Positions 46,701-55,265 of a stretch of DNA of 64,000 nt are shown one piece after another. The stretch covers positions 1 through 64,000 of the IMG/VR virus record IMGVR_UViG_3300046779_001679. One strand, 5' to 3'. Each line of letters begins with the position of its first letter. The first letter of the stretch is position 1. The notes under the pieces are model-generated. The model ran no database searches. It worked only from the letters and a program-made list of their open reading frames with translations, and was not told the origin of the DNA. The stretch comes from a virus. Lineage: Duplodnaviria > Caudoviricetes. The position numbers and the translations under genes are program-made.

Positions 46701-48297
46701 TTCCTACAGTAAATCCGTGTGCGCTTTGCGTAGTAACAGTAATTAAACTTGCACCTACCCCGCCTGTTCCAGTACTTGCATCTGTAATAACAGAAATTAC
46801 CGGAGTATCTGAGCCCGGAACTTCGTAAACGCTTGGGTATCCTCTAGCAATACCAATAGCTTGCCACTTTGTAGGTTGTAGTCCGTACTCAAAGTCAGCA
46901 TCGAGCATAGATTGAGGTTGTGCAACACGCATACGTTCAATTGCATCTGTACCAAAATCGTACGGTCTAATCTTTTGTTCTTCACCTTCGACAAAAATTT
47001 GAATATCGTCAGATGTACTAGAGTTAGAAGTATCGGCGTTTAAAGTAATTGTTGTTACATAATCAGCAACTTCCAAGAATCTTACAAAGTCTTCATCCTG
47101 AGAGTGAGAGTTACTAGTATATGTAGAACTAAAAGAAACTGTTGCGCTTGCTGTTGGATCACTAAAATTATATAAAATTTGGTTTGTAGTTGCATTAGTA
47201 ATTAATAACAACTTATCTAGTGTATATTGACCTTGTAACCTAATAGTAGTTACACCGTTTACCAGTGAAGGGATACTACTAGGTCCGTCTGCAATTACAG
47301 TGTTAACTAAGTTAACTAAACTTGTAATCCTGTTAGCTGCTCCAGCTTCGCCTTCTAAACCGTTAAGCAACTGTCTTGGGTAAGATTGTTGCAACGGTGT
47401 ATAACTACTAGCTGAAAAAATATTGCTAATTAATCCTTCAATAAATGTATGAGTGTCTATTTCAGTTTTTCTATCTCCCAGAATCTGGGGTACATCTCCG
47501 TCCCAGTATCTGCTAGCGATTGTTCTAGTTTTTGCGTTGCCGCCGTATTTTAAATCATTAAGATATGCATCAAATATGTAACCAACATCTCTTTCACATT
47601 TGCTGCTATCATATGTATATTCTGCAAAATTATAGTCGGAATAAATGATAGCCGGTAAAGTGGACAACCCGCCAGACATTACATTACTTGCTATTGTTGA
47701 CAACATAAGTGCCCATGCAATTGCGCTAATTTCACCCGGTGCTCCGGAAGTGTTTTGGGTGCTAGATACTGGACTCTGTTGTGATACATAAGGGGTAGCT
47801 GTTAAAATGTAATCAGAAATAAGCTCCCATAATTGTGATTGAATTGCAACTTCAACCGGGACGTTAATTACCTGAACTACACCACTCTGATAATACTGAC
47901 TAGCAACATAACTAACTTGTTCGTTCCCGCCGTATCTTAAATCGTGTATTAATGCATCAATGAGATATCCCATATCTCTTTTGCACTTTGATATTTCAGT
48001 TGGGCCATACTCATACCCGTAGAACAAATCTCCTACTACTGAACTTTGAGTAGTTTCAAAAATCCAAGCCGAAATTTCATCTAATATAAATTGTTTGTTG
48101 CTAGTTAACAATGCAACAGCAGCAGGGTATAAGTTTTGTGCAGTATCTTCCGCTACCTTTGATGCAATATAAGCAGTTGACTCTTTAATAATAAAAGTCT
48201 TGTTAGCACTTAATAAAGAATACGCATTTGGGTAAGCATTGGTTGAGCTAGATACCCCTGGTAAAAATACGTAATTTGCTATTCTTTTCTTTGCCAT
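40762..48297 (-). CDS. Giant (2511 aa) virion structural/fibre-like protein with several repeat families
   Basis: Gly/Ser/Thr/Val-rich; two CxRD-GY-YGGN repeats, seven beta-rich repeats, four FTxxSW...FPxGT repeats. Confidence 0.8.
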   Translation of the reverse strand: MAKKRIANYVFLPGVSSSTNAYPNAYSLLSANKTFIIKESTAYIASKVAEDTAQNLYPAAVALLTSNKQFILDEISAWIFETTQSSVVGDLFYGYEYGPTEISKCKRDMGYLIDALIHDLRYGGNEQVSYVASQYYQSGVVQVINVPVEVAIQSQLWELISDYILTATPYVSQQSPVSSTQNTSGAPGEISAIAWALMLSTIASNVMSGGLSTLPAIIYSDYNFAEYTYDSSKCERDVGYIFDAYLNDLKYGGNAKTRTIASRYWDGDVPQILGDRKTEIDTHTFIEGLISNIFSASSYTPLQQSYPRQLLNGLEGEAGAANRITSLVNLVNTVIADGPSSIPSLVNGVTTIRLQGQYTLDKLLLITNATTNQILYNFSDPTASATVSFSSTYTSNSHSQDEDFVRFLEVADYVTTITLNADTSNSSTSDDIQIFVEGEEQKIRPYDFGTDAIERMRVAQPQSMLDADFEYGLQPTKWQAIGIARGYPSVYEVPGSDTPVISVITDASTGTGGVGASLITVTTQSAHGFTVGTPITIRSLANTVSGFNRAEGTFIVLDVPSPTSFTYYASAKVGSIDGQILATTYTQLRKAGFYTGASIGSPTISVYSNGQTSSFTSKFVTPSGSSQIAVAGALPALGVPLSSAGINSGTQITGTVGTGGQQVLAVVDSSIEIGDTIISVNDTTGILEGMAIDNGSGTAIFVTEISGNDVALNGPMTVAKGGTTETYLNVIGTNVIPGGSGADFSVERVNGQYTNLLVTTPGVDYVTNSRIKILGSDLGGVDGDNDIIVKVASVIGGKVETVNHAGAAVLGNGIESYLTSGTAVLGKHIVSFTFAGTPNSPVGPFTNLIQSSTSGTGAGATFNVTDAGAGAYSVSLSTIGSGYIVGEVVTILGSVLEGADGVNNLTVTVDTIDGSGGILTFTHSGVANSPIGPFLGVTPDSNTGSGTGATFDINDSGSGAYLVALNTDGQGFNVGDELTILGSQLSGSNGVNDIVITITAVTSLDIATAISQSSTTGAGANATFNVSLDGLGGYSVTVVDPGNSYQSSDQVVILGSLLDGVDGTNDLTISITTVSSLNIASGIFQSSTDGVGTGASFNVSLDGAGNYNVTRVLKGTDYQVGDTITILGSLLDGTDITNDLTITVSSISGGAIDIATIQSGTSVSGERSYTGLAQSTTTGSGANSVFNVQTNNGEYDVTITSTGDSYVLGEEIVILGSVLGGQDGVNDLTITVVSAGVGGSILTFSSAGLPSSINATFNSLIGTNIAPGVNASFDITRSVGSYSVQPNLGGSGYAVNDVIKIDGTDIGGSDVLNDATITVTGVDVGGVITNATIVGTAVGGANIAFWSAVSISEPTIGSIANSTSITTVAIATIQVTWPTYHGLVPGMSILVDITSSGTNHLFAKGPFYIEEVPNLNSIRYTARTNGIIDTATALTGIVYARPQSFFVHRPFDGGVQLGTGGPQHGSQAIRMSKKYIRYQSGKGVMYTTGALFAPSYNLQAATASGTSIGSYIQFTTDDVDHGLQIGGKVRISGVDTTGFNGEYTVVSIQTERIFTVQAQSTLGNRYGYISSNAQVSILNWHGSTVRAGTFDEQNGMFWQYNGKELSVVRRSSTFQLAGVADIEKDTNLVTGTNTRFRDQIKAGDKIVIKGMTHVVTSVPSQTKLYVTPDYRGAKDCVGSKICLVQELVVPQSQFNLDKLDGTGPSGYNLDITKMQMIGMQWSWYGAGFIDFMLRGSDGNYVFAHRIRNSNVNTEAYMRTGNMPVRYEVHNEGASSKLRESITATQTTIPLVDATMFPDESGYIYVDNEVIAFTGKNRNTLTGCTRSASLPQFTGGAPRLFRAGAASTHEVNTGVILISNTITPIISHWGSAFLTDGLFDEDRGYIFNYASTGVQASTTKQTAFLIRLAPSVSNAQVGDLGEKELINRAQLLLQAIEVTSDAGAGGLVVEGILNPQNYPTDPTAITWSALNTSAAGGQPSFAQVAPGGSVSWSGGATTTNATATTTATLSGTATVPNNALFTTISGSNTLYVTKDSWDTLGATTGFAVDASETRFPSGTTITSIAENPSPVATTIGLITGNATIPPSPNFKTAAGVNFLYFTQASWTALNGQIGTAVYSTDFPAGTTVTNVTGPAVAAGQSYYTVTFSNNSLVIHNPVRSTIATYYTIVSGGTATIYFNPAQTYAPYVVGEVITVSGNAGVPQVNGTRTVTACTTQYVQFTGIGGNFNGSSTGSVVNNTSLNFASFSVTGQANVGSTSMNFTQSSWTALPVATAVVGRLVNDPTKFASGTQISTISSLKTFNGVNYYTVTFNNTLLTAQSAGSSLTFDYIPYYVLTLSKTASSNVNFGTTVPFTPSVLSANSSFLYFTKASWETLVNTYNAGIGTTVADVDKFPSGTSIQSISVLSAFAGTQYYRVNFTQSSVTTIAGGSNVTFQFGQPPYALPGETVFSFISTPGGSNSLDLSALKELTNTTLGGRGTYPNGPDVLAINVYKTSGTAVSSNIIIRWGEAQA

Positions 48298-48316
48298 TTA
48301 TTTCTCCGAATTCTTT

Positions 48317-48799
48317 TTACGATAGTGCCACTGCAAATGCAATTGACAATGATTTAATGTTTTGGTTGCCTAGATAGATACTATCTGATGCAGTTAAATT
48401 TACAAAATTTCCGTTGCCGGGGGTATTTGTTCCAATATCTATATTATCAATGCTGCCAGTTATAGCTGGTAATAATGTAATAGTTCCACTTGAAGTAACC
48501 GTTAACGAGCTAGAATTAATTGCAACATTATCGCCTGTTAGGTTGATATTGTTTGTTGTTGATAAATTTACAGATGCTGTACTATTTACGGTTAATCCCG
48601 ATAGTGTCCCTACTGAAGTTAGATTGCTAGCTACGATCCCCGATCCTAGACTATTAGTAGTAATAACAGTTTGCCCGGAAATTTTAATAGCTGAGGTGGT
48701 ATTAAGATTTGCAATTGTAAAGCTGCCGGTTTCGTCAACTAAAAAGCCCGGGCTTTGAAAACCCTTGTCTGATATAAATGGTTTATAAGTAACTGTCAT
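48317..48799 (-). CDS. Small fibre-type structural protein
   Basis: SNLTSVGTLSGLTV fibre motif; C-terminal IAFAVALS. Confidence 0.65.
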   Translation of the reverse strand: MTVTYKPFISDKGFQSPGFLVDETGSFTIANLNTTSAIKISGQTVITTNSLGSGIVASNLTSVGTLSGLTVNSTASVNLSTTNNINLTGDNVAINSSSLTVTSSGTITLLPAITGSIDNIDIGTNTPGNGNFVNLTASDSIYLGNQNIKSLSIAFAVALS

Positions 48800-48801
48800 A
48801 A

Positions 48802-49197
48802 TTAGGTTAACAGGTTAGGGTTAATTGTTTGGTAATAAGATGCGCTGAAATAAACTTTAGCTGGATTTAACACTGGGGTTGCATATAATGTTAATTTTGA
48901 ATTATTTACTGATGCTTCTAACTCAATAACTTTTCCAGTGAGATCAGTTTGGCCGTATGCAGTAATGGCAGCATTGTCTGGGCTAGCTACAATCAAACAT
49001 TTAATAATTTCTTTAGTGTTTGTACCGGCATCTGCAACAATAGTGTAGTCAGCGCTCATGAAGTCACCGACATACCAGCTATCAATTTCTATTTTTTCTA
49101 TTACATTTACCCAAGGACCGGCATGGGAAAACTGAGTTCCGTTGGCTAGTTTTAAGGTTCCCCTCAACCCGTTCATGAAAAATTTTGTTATTTGCAT
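48802..49197 (-). CDS. Hypothetical structural protein
   Basis: ATAAATA and GAGGA upstream. Confidence 0.6.
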   Translation of the reverse strand: MQITKFFMNGLRGTLKLANGTQFSHAGPWVNVIEKIEIDSWYVGDFMSADYTIVADAGTNTKEIIKCLIVASPDNAAITAYGQTDLTGKVIELEASVNNSKLTLYATPVLNPAKVYFSASYYQTINPNLLT

Positions 49198-49238
49198 TGT
49201 AGTCCTCTTACATATTTATCCAACTCAAAACTCTTGTT

Positions 49239-49267
49239 TTGCTTTCAAAAAAATGCTAAATTATAGT
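49239..49267 (+). promoter_or_regulatory. sigma70-type promoter TTGCTT-17-TATAGT for the modification operon
   Basis: Hexamers at 49239-49244 and 49262-49267; AGGA before ATG 49288. Confidence 0.6.
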
Positions 49268-49287
49268 ATCTTATTATAGGACTTTTT

Positions 49288-50292
49288 ATGACCCAGCGAG
49301 CAAAGGCATTTTTTATCAACGGTGGTGCAGGCCGTGTTATTTGTTCAATTCCAGCATTAGAGAAATATGCAGAGGAAGTTAGCAAAGATTTTATTATTGT
49401 ATGCGAGGGCGGCACTGACTTTTACAAAGGCCACCCAGTTTTACATTCGCGTGCATACGATCATTGGCACAAAAACTTGTTCGAAGACAAGTTAGTTAAT
49501 ATGGACTTAGTAAGTCCAGAGCCATACAGAATTTGGGAATACTATAACCAAAAATGTTCAATTGCACAGGCATATGATATTGCAATTAATAACAAAGGTA
49601 TTCGAGACCTACAGCGACCGCTGATTAGACTAGTTAACGAAGAAATGTATGCTGGTTTCAATGTCATTAAAGAAGTAAAAGAAAAAACTAAAAAAGACAA
49701 AGTTGTTGTATTCCAACCCTTTGGTCGTGGCGTTCGTGCTGAAAATAACATTATCTATGACCCGTCTAACAGATCGTTTGAAGGACAGCACGTTATCAAT
49801 ATTGTTAAAAAGCTACAGAAAAAATACGCCGTTATTTTTATGAGTGAAATTGGCATTGATTTTTCAAAACATGGATGTAAGGAACCAGTTGCTACTCCAC
49901 AAAATACTTCACTTAGAACTTGGGCTGGTATTATTAATGCAGCTGATTATTTCTTAGGATGTGATTCTGTAGGACAACATCTAGCATATTCGTTTGATGT
50001 GCCATCAACTGTCGTAGTAGGGTCAACGTTTGGAATTAATGTATCCTATCCAAACTACGAAAAGTTTGATGTTTTAGATATGGGTGGTAATATTAGGCAA
50101 TACAGTCCAATTAGAATTACAATGGACGAAGTTGCTGATCGTGGTAATGACGGTATTATGATCATGAATGATAAAGTTGAAGATGCAATTGTTGATTCAG
50201 TTGTAAAAAATACTGCTAGATTTCCAAAAATGCAACAAGCTGATCCAAGTGTTAGTGTAACAGTTGCACCGGATGCAAGTTGCTGTGGTTAA
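49288..50292 (+). CDS. Glycosyltransferase family 9-like (heptosyltransferase fold)
   Basis: GGAGRVICSIPAL, VVFQPFG, FLGCDSVGQHLA...PSTVVVG. Confidence 0.75.
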   Translation: MTQRAKAFFINGGAGRVICSIPALEKYAEEVSKDFIIVCEGGTDFYKGHPVLHSRAYDHWHKNLFEDKLVNMDLVSPEPYRIWEYYNQKCSIAQAYDIAINNKGIRDLQRPLIRLVNEEMYAGFNVIKEVKEKTKKDKVVVFQPFGRGVRAENNIIYDPSNRSFEGQHVINIVKKLQKKYAVIFMSEIGIDFSKHGCKEPVATPQNTSLRTWAGIINAADYFLGCDSVGQHLAYSFDVPSTVVVGSTFGINVSYPNYEKFDVLDMGGNIRQYSPIRITMDEVADRGNDGIMIMNDKVEDAIVDSVVKNTARFPKMQQADPSVSVTVAPDASCCG

Positions 50293-50293
50293 T

Positions 50294-51214
50294 ATGAGAA
50301 GATTTTTTGCATTTGGTTGTAGTTATACTAGCTATTCTTGGCCTACTTGGGCTGATTTAGCTGGCATTGATTACGATTTTTCTAAAAATTGGGGGTTGTC
50401 TGGTATTGGAAATAAAGCTATTGCCGAAAGAGTTTCCGAAGCAAATGCTAGGTACGAGTTTGGTCCAGACGATGTTGTAGTTGTACAGTGGTCAAGTCAC
50501 TTGCGTAATGACTGGTGGCACATGTATAGTATGCCTGAAAGACACGCTGGGTGGAAAACTGCTGGCAGTATCTTCAACTACATCAATGAAAAGTTGTATG
50601 ACAAAAAATGGGTCGATACGTTTTTCTTCGAACCTGCATATTTCATGCATACCTTAAATCATATCTCATTAACACAAGGGTTGTTAGAATCTACCGGCTG
50701 TAAGTGGTATATGTCTAGCATTGGCGACATTAGAAACATGGGTGCTGATCTTAGAGATAACGAAGGAATTGGCGAGCAAACCGACTTCTTAAATCCTCGA
50801 GACAAAGAACAAGATCTGGTTGCATGGAAGAAAATTCCAGAATTACAGATTTATGACAAGGCTATTTGGCAGAAATATGCAGATCACTGGCTAACTCCTA
50901 TGGAACATGCTGCAAAGCAAACCCCAGAACACACTTTTGATTTTATCGATACTGTAAGAAAAAATAAAACATTTTTAGATACGCATCCGAGTACACGTCA
51001 ACATTTGCTATGGGTTGAAAAAGAGCTTAAAGATAAGTTGCAATTATCTGATAACTCAATTAAAATTGCAAATAAAGTAGCAGATGCTGTTGACCAAGTA
51101 CATGAAAAATTTAAGTTTAACAAACATACATTTGAATTAATGCTATCTAAGAGAACATTCTTCCCAGAAGATGCTACTAATTTAAAATGGCCTTTTAGAT
51201 ACGAAGGCTTTTAA
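50294..51214 (+). CDS. SGNH/GDSL-hydrolase-like protein
   Basis: Block I FGCSYT, block II NWGLSGIGN, VVVQWS, block V DTHP. Confidence 0.65.
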   Translation: MRRFFAFGCSYTSYSWPTWADLAGIDYDFSKNWGLSGIGNKAIAERVSEANARYEFGPDDVVVVQWSSHLRNDWWHMYSMPERHAGWKTAGSIFNYINEKLYDKKWVDTFFFEPAYFMHTLNHISLTQGLLESTGCKWYMSSIGDIRNMGADLRDNEGIGEQTDFLNPRDKEQDLVAWKKIPELQIYDKAIWQKYADHWLTPMEHAAKQTPEHTFDFIDTVRKNKTFLDTHPSTRQHLLWVEKELKDKLQLSDNSIKIANKVADAVDQVHEKFKFNKHTFELMLSKRTFFPEDATNLKWPFRYEGF

Positions 51215-51223
51215 AGGAACAAT

Positions 51224-53026
51224 ATGACAGAAAATAAAAAAGATATTTGGATTGCAGGTATTGCTAGAGGACACAACAGCGGAGTCTGCTTGCTTAAAAA
51301 CGGCGAGGTTGTTTTTGCTATCGAAGAAGAGCGTATTAGTCGTCACAAATACGACGGCGGGCCATATGCTACTATGTTAAAGATTCTAGATTACACAGAT
51401 CATCTAGATTACATGGTAATTGCACACACTCAAAAGTTAAGTGAAACAGCCGGTCGTGTTGACTTCTCAGGTGACGATGTATACACTGGCCTTGCTAGAA
51501 AACTAGGACTAATTAAACGACATCAAAATCCGTTTGATCATCCACAAGTTGTAGACCTAAGTCATGTACATCACAAGTTACATGCCGCGTGTGCTTTTTA
51601 TCGTTCGGGATTTGAAGAAGCCGCTGCACTAATTGTCGACGGCGCAGGAACATTTTTACCATTAATAATCAATGGCGAAAACGTAACTGGTTGGGAAACA
51701 GAAAGCATTTATGATTGCTCATATCCTGCTAACTTTAAAACAAAGTATAAACATATTGGGCTTAGAGGTCCAATGACAGGTGCATTGGTTACAAACTTTG
51801 ACGGTACAATGTATGACGAACCAGGGTCAACTCACGAAGCATTAGTAACAGATCGAGCAGGTATTACAAAAATTTACGAAGCAGTTACACAATATTGCGG
51901 ATGGTCAAGTATCGAAGCAGGGAAAACAATGGGCTTATTCCCATATGGCAAGGAAAATCCAGCAATTCCTCCATTGTTTGACGAATCAGGTATTGCGCCG
52001 TTGTCCAACAGAAACTTAGTAGTACCTACGTATCCAAACGGTGCTCACATTAATTTTGGATTATTTCCGTTTTTAAACAGCAGTAATGCTGATGACATTA
52101 CTACTTTAGAAAATCGCAGAGATCTAGCATATGCGGTTCAAACACAAACACAAGAGCAGGTTCTTAAATTAATTCGTAAAGCTAGCCAAATGACTGGCCA
52201 GAAAAAGGTGGTTATTAGCGGCGGTTATGGTTTAAACTGTGTTGCTAACTATTTCTACCTCGAGGGTCTTAAAGACGACGGAATTGAAATATATGTAGAA
52301 CCAATTAGCAACGATGCAGGTACAGCAATTGGTGCAGCACTTATGTTCTGGAAGGACATGATGCCAAACAGCACGAATGATTATAGCAAAGATGGCTTGT
52401 ACCTCGGATTTAAGTATAATTACACTAACGAAGATCTTGCAAAAGTTGCAAAAGATCATAATGCGGAAATTACAGATGCTACACACGAAGATGTAGTTGA
52501 CTTGTTAATGAACAAAAACATTGTATGTTTCTATCAAGGTCGTAGTGAAAACGGCCCTAGAGCATTAGGTAATCGCAGCATCTTGTTCAATCCAACATAC
52601 GAGGACGGGAAAGACTTTGTTAACCTAGTCAAGCGTAGAGAATACTTTAGACCATTTGCAGGCTCTATCTTACAAGAACATGTACATGAGTGGTTTGATC
52701 TTAGAGGAATGGAAGATAGTCCATATATGATGTATGCTGTTAATTGCCAACCAGGTGTTGAGTCTAAGATTCCTAGCATCATACACGTTGATGGTACATG
52801 CCGTATTCAAACTGTTACTAAAGAGCAAAACAATCATTATTACGATTTGATCAAAGCATTCTATAATCGTACAAGTGTACCGATTATCTTTAATACTAGC
52901 TTTAACCTAGGCGGTGATCCTTTAGTTGAAACATTAGAAGATGCATTAGACACGCTAGCTAGAAGCGATATCGAATACTTGTATTTGCCAGAGCTAGGCA
53001 AGCTAGTTAAAATAGCAAATCAGTAA
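51224..53026 (+). CDS. Full-length NodU/CmcH/TobZ-family O-carbamoyltransferase
   Basis: GHNSG...EEER, HHKLHA, VDGAG, GKTMGL, LNCVAN, DAGTAIGAA, GPRALGNRS, RPFA, HVDGTCR.QTV, NTSFN. Confidence 0.93.
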   Translation: MTENKKDIWIAGIARGHNSGVCLLKNGEVVFAIEEERISRHKYDGGPYATMLKILDYTDHLDYMVIAHTQKLSETAGRVDFSGDDVYTGLARKLGLIKRHQNPFDHPQVVDLSHVHHKLHAACAFYRSGFEEAAALIVDGAGTFLPLIINGENVTGWETESIYDCSYPANFKTKYKHIGLRGPMTGALVTNFDGTMYDEPGSTHEALVTDRAGITKIYEAVTQYCGWSSIEAGKTMGLFPYGKENPAIPPLFDESGIAPLSNRNLVVPTYPNGAHINFGLFPFLNSSNADDITTLENRRDLAYAVQTQTQEQVLKLIRKASQMTGQKKVVISGGYGLNCVANYFYLEGLKDDGIEIYVEPISNDAGTAIGAALMFWKDMMPNSTNDYSKDGLYLGFKYNYTNEDLAKVAKDHNAEITDATHEDVVDLLMNKNIVCFYQGRSENGPRALGNRSILFNPTYEDGKDFVNLVKRREYFRPFAGSILQEHVHEWFDLRGMEDSPYMMYAVNCQPGVESKIPSIIHVDGTCRIQTVTKEQNNHYYDLIKAFYNRTSVPIIFNTSFNLGGDPLVETLEDALDTLARSDIEYLYLPELGKLVKIANQ

Positions 53027-53039
53027 TTTTATAGCCAAT

Positions 53040-53067
53040 AAAAAAGCCGCTTTAAGCGGCTTTTTTT
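53040..53067. terminator. Bidirectional terminator AAAAAAGCCGC-tttaa-GCGGCTTTTTT
   Basis: Perfect stem between convergent operons. Confidence 0.9.
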
Positions 53068-53734
53068 ATGCTGATCCGTCCGGAGCCGGTGGCATGTGAA
53101 CTTTCCATGCATCGACTGAGGGAGTTTCTCCGGGCGCTGCACCGTAAGTTTGTGGCAAGTCGCGAAGTGCTTGTCTATATGCTTCCCATTTTGCTTTAAC
53201 TGATTCTGGTGCATCAGCAGGAGCAATATGATCGATAGCAGTTAACGCATGGTTTCTCCATTGACGCACTGTTTCCCAATCACTATGTGGTTTTTTCCAC
53301 GGATAAGGAGTAACAAACGAATTAGTTGATGGGCTGTATTCAATGTCCATTAATTCGTATGTGTGATCAGGTGGAGGAGTTTGTGGGCGCTTATAAACAT
53401 TACCATCGGGTAATTGTTCTTCGATCTGATCTAACAAATTATAATCGCGAATCTCATCTGCACCAACTAGTGTGCATAGTAACGGATTAGTTGTGCAATC
53501 AACAAATACTTTAACCATATCCATAGGAGTAGGATAATGCTCTCCATCTTCTTTTTCTGTTAAAAAGCGACCTGCATAACGATTAGTTTCTGCATTAACT
53601 AGAATCCAGATCTTATCAGGACCGTTATAAACCCAATTACCAGTTTTACCTAATTCATTTGTTTGGTACAAATAATCGTCGGGCGCATCGTAAGTAAAAG
53701 GTACGTCTACGTGTTTATTTTCTTTTTCTTCCAT
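53066..53734 (-). CDS. Tail-fibre assembly chaperone-like protein, paralog B
   Basis: C-terminal W..VRQWRNHAL..ID...WEAYRQALRDLP. Confidence 0.75.
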   Translation of the reverse strand: MEEKENKHVDVPFTYDAPDDYLYQTNELGKTGNWVYNGPDKIWILVNAETNRYAGRFLTEKEDGEHYPTPMDMVKVFVDCTTNPLLCTLVGADEIRDYNLLDQIEEQLPDGNVYKRPQTPPPDHTYELMDIEYSPSTNSFVTPYPWKKPHSDWETVRQWRNHALTAIDHIAPADAPESVKAKWEAYRQALRDLPQTYGAAPGETPSVDAWKVHMPPAPDGSA

Positions 53735-53747
53735 GTTTTACCTCTGA

Positions 53748-54500
53748 TTAACCGTATGTAATAGAAACTGCGCCACCTGCACCCCAGCTTCCACACCAGC
53801 AGTTACCACCGTGTGCTTGAGCACTTAGTCCTCCGCCGCCCGGGAATGCAGTGCAAGGGAACCAACCTGTGCAGTTACCGTTTGCTGATCCGTTGATACA
53901 ACCGCCGGGGCCTGTTTGAGGACCGGACTGGGCCATAGGGGCCATTGAAGCTAGCTGTTGAGGATATTGAGCACACCAAGTACTAGAAGTCATACTACTT
54001 TGCATACCGTGAATACAAATATCTCCACCGAAAGCACAGCAGCAATATGGATAAGGAATACTACATGTATAGCATCCATAATACATAAAGCAGTGAGTAT
54101 CACCGTAAGAACCGCCTTTTGCACAGAAGTTAGTTAAACCGTAACCCTGTACCCAGCTATCAAATCCAGGGCATCCTAAACATCCCGGAGTCATACCTGT
54201 TGTACTTGCTGCACAAACTGTCCATTGACAACCGCCTAATGTTCCTGTAACTGTTTTTACTGTATAAGCACCAGAACCGCCTGGGTAACCTTGCATACAG
54301 CAACATGCTCCGGCGCCACCGCCGCCGCCTCCCCACACTTCAAAAGTTACCCATGAAGTCCCTGCAGGTGCAGTAAATTGGCAACAACGTCCACCATTCG
54401 AAGGTGTGTTAACACTAGTGTTATAAACAACAATTTCTGTTGGATAGTTAGACGCAGCTGGTAGTGTTAATGTATGTAATAACGATCTTAAATCTGACAT
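53748..54500 (-). CDS. Cys/Gly-rich adhesin-like protein 3 (250 aa, 23 Cys)
   Basis: FEVWGGGGGGAG.CCC, FPGGGG, terminal WGAGGAVSITY. Confidence 0.75.
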   Translation of the reverse strand: MSDLRSLLHTLTLPAASNYPTEIVVYNTSVNTPSNGGRCCQFTAPAGTSWVTFEVWGGGGGGAGACCCMQGYPGGSGAYTVKTVTGTLGGCQWTVCAASTTGMTPGCLGCPGFDSWVQGYGLTNFCAKGGSYGDTHCFMYYGCYTCSIPYPYCCCAFGGDICIHGMQSSMTSSTWCAQYPQQLASMAPMAQSGPQTGPGGCINGSANGNCTGWFPCTAFPGGGGLSAQAHGGNCWCGSWGAGGAVSITYG

Positions 54501-54509
54501 TCTTATTCC

Positions 54510-55262
54510 TTATTTGTATGTAACAACAACTAGTCCGCCAGCACCCCAGCCACCCCAGCAGCATCCGCCATAAGAAATAGCTGTACCACCACCACCGCCT
54601 GGGAATGAGTTAAATCCGCCTGCTAAATCGCAGCCCATCCAAGATTCACCGCAGTGTGTTCGAGAAATTCTAGATCCAGCACCAATAGAAGGACCGCTAG
54701 GAATATATGTCCATGAGTCAAATCCGCACCATGATTGGTGTGCGCTACCTTGTGTTCCGCAAATTGACCAGTCATGGCCACATGTGCTGCCACAAATGTT
54801 TGTTGCACAGTGATAGTTTCCGCCAATAGCTGCCCAGCAGCATGACGCTCCACCTTCTCCACCGCTTGCACATAAATTTAAAGGGTATGTAGCAGAACCG
54901 TTACATGCGTAAGACGGAAATCCATTTGTACCGCAGTTTGCTTGTGAACAGCAACCTGAGCCTGCGGCACATAATGTATATTGTTGTCCAGGAACTACAC
55001 GAATAGTTCTACGGGCATATGATCCTGATCCGCCACCTTTTGATGGTTGCTGACAGCAACATGCTCCGCCGCCGTCACCTCCACCACCCCATACTTCAAA
55101 TTTAGCCCAAACTGTGCCCGCAGGTACTGTCCAAAGACAGCATCTGCCACCGTTGTTAACGTTTCCGGTAGAAGTATTATAAACATATAATATGTTTAAA
55201 TTATTCGAAGTATTAACGATGTTATATTTCGTGTCCGGAAATAACGATCTTAAATCTGCCAT
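54510..55262 (-). CDS. Cys/Gly-rich adhesin-like protein 2 (250 aa, 22 Cys)
   Basis: FEVWGGGGDGGG.CCC, FPGGGGG, terminal WGAGGLVVVTY. Confidence 0.75.
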   Translation of the reverse strand: MADLRSLFPDTKYNIVNTSNNLNILYVYNTSTGNVNNGGRCCLWTVPAGTVWAKFEVWGGGGDGGGACCCQQPSKGGGSGSYARRTIRVVPGQQYTLCAAGSGCCSQANCGTNGFPSYACNGSATYPLNLCASGGEGGASCCWAAIGGNYHCATNICGSTCGHDWSICGTQGSAHQSWCGFDSWTYIPSGPSIGAGSRISRTHCGESWMGCDLAGGFNSFPGGGGGTAISYGGCCWGGWGAGGLVVVTYK

Positions 55263-55265
55263 AAT

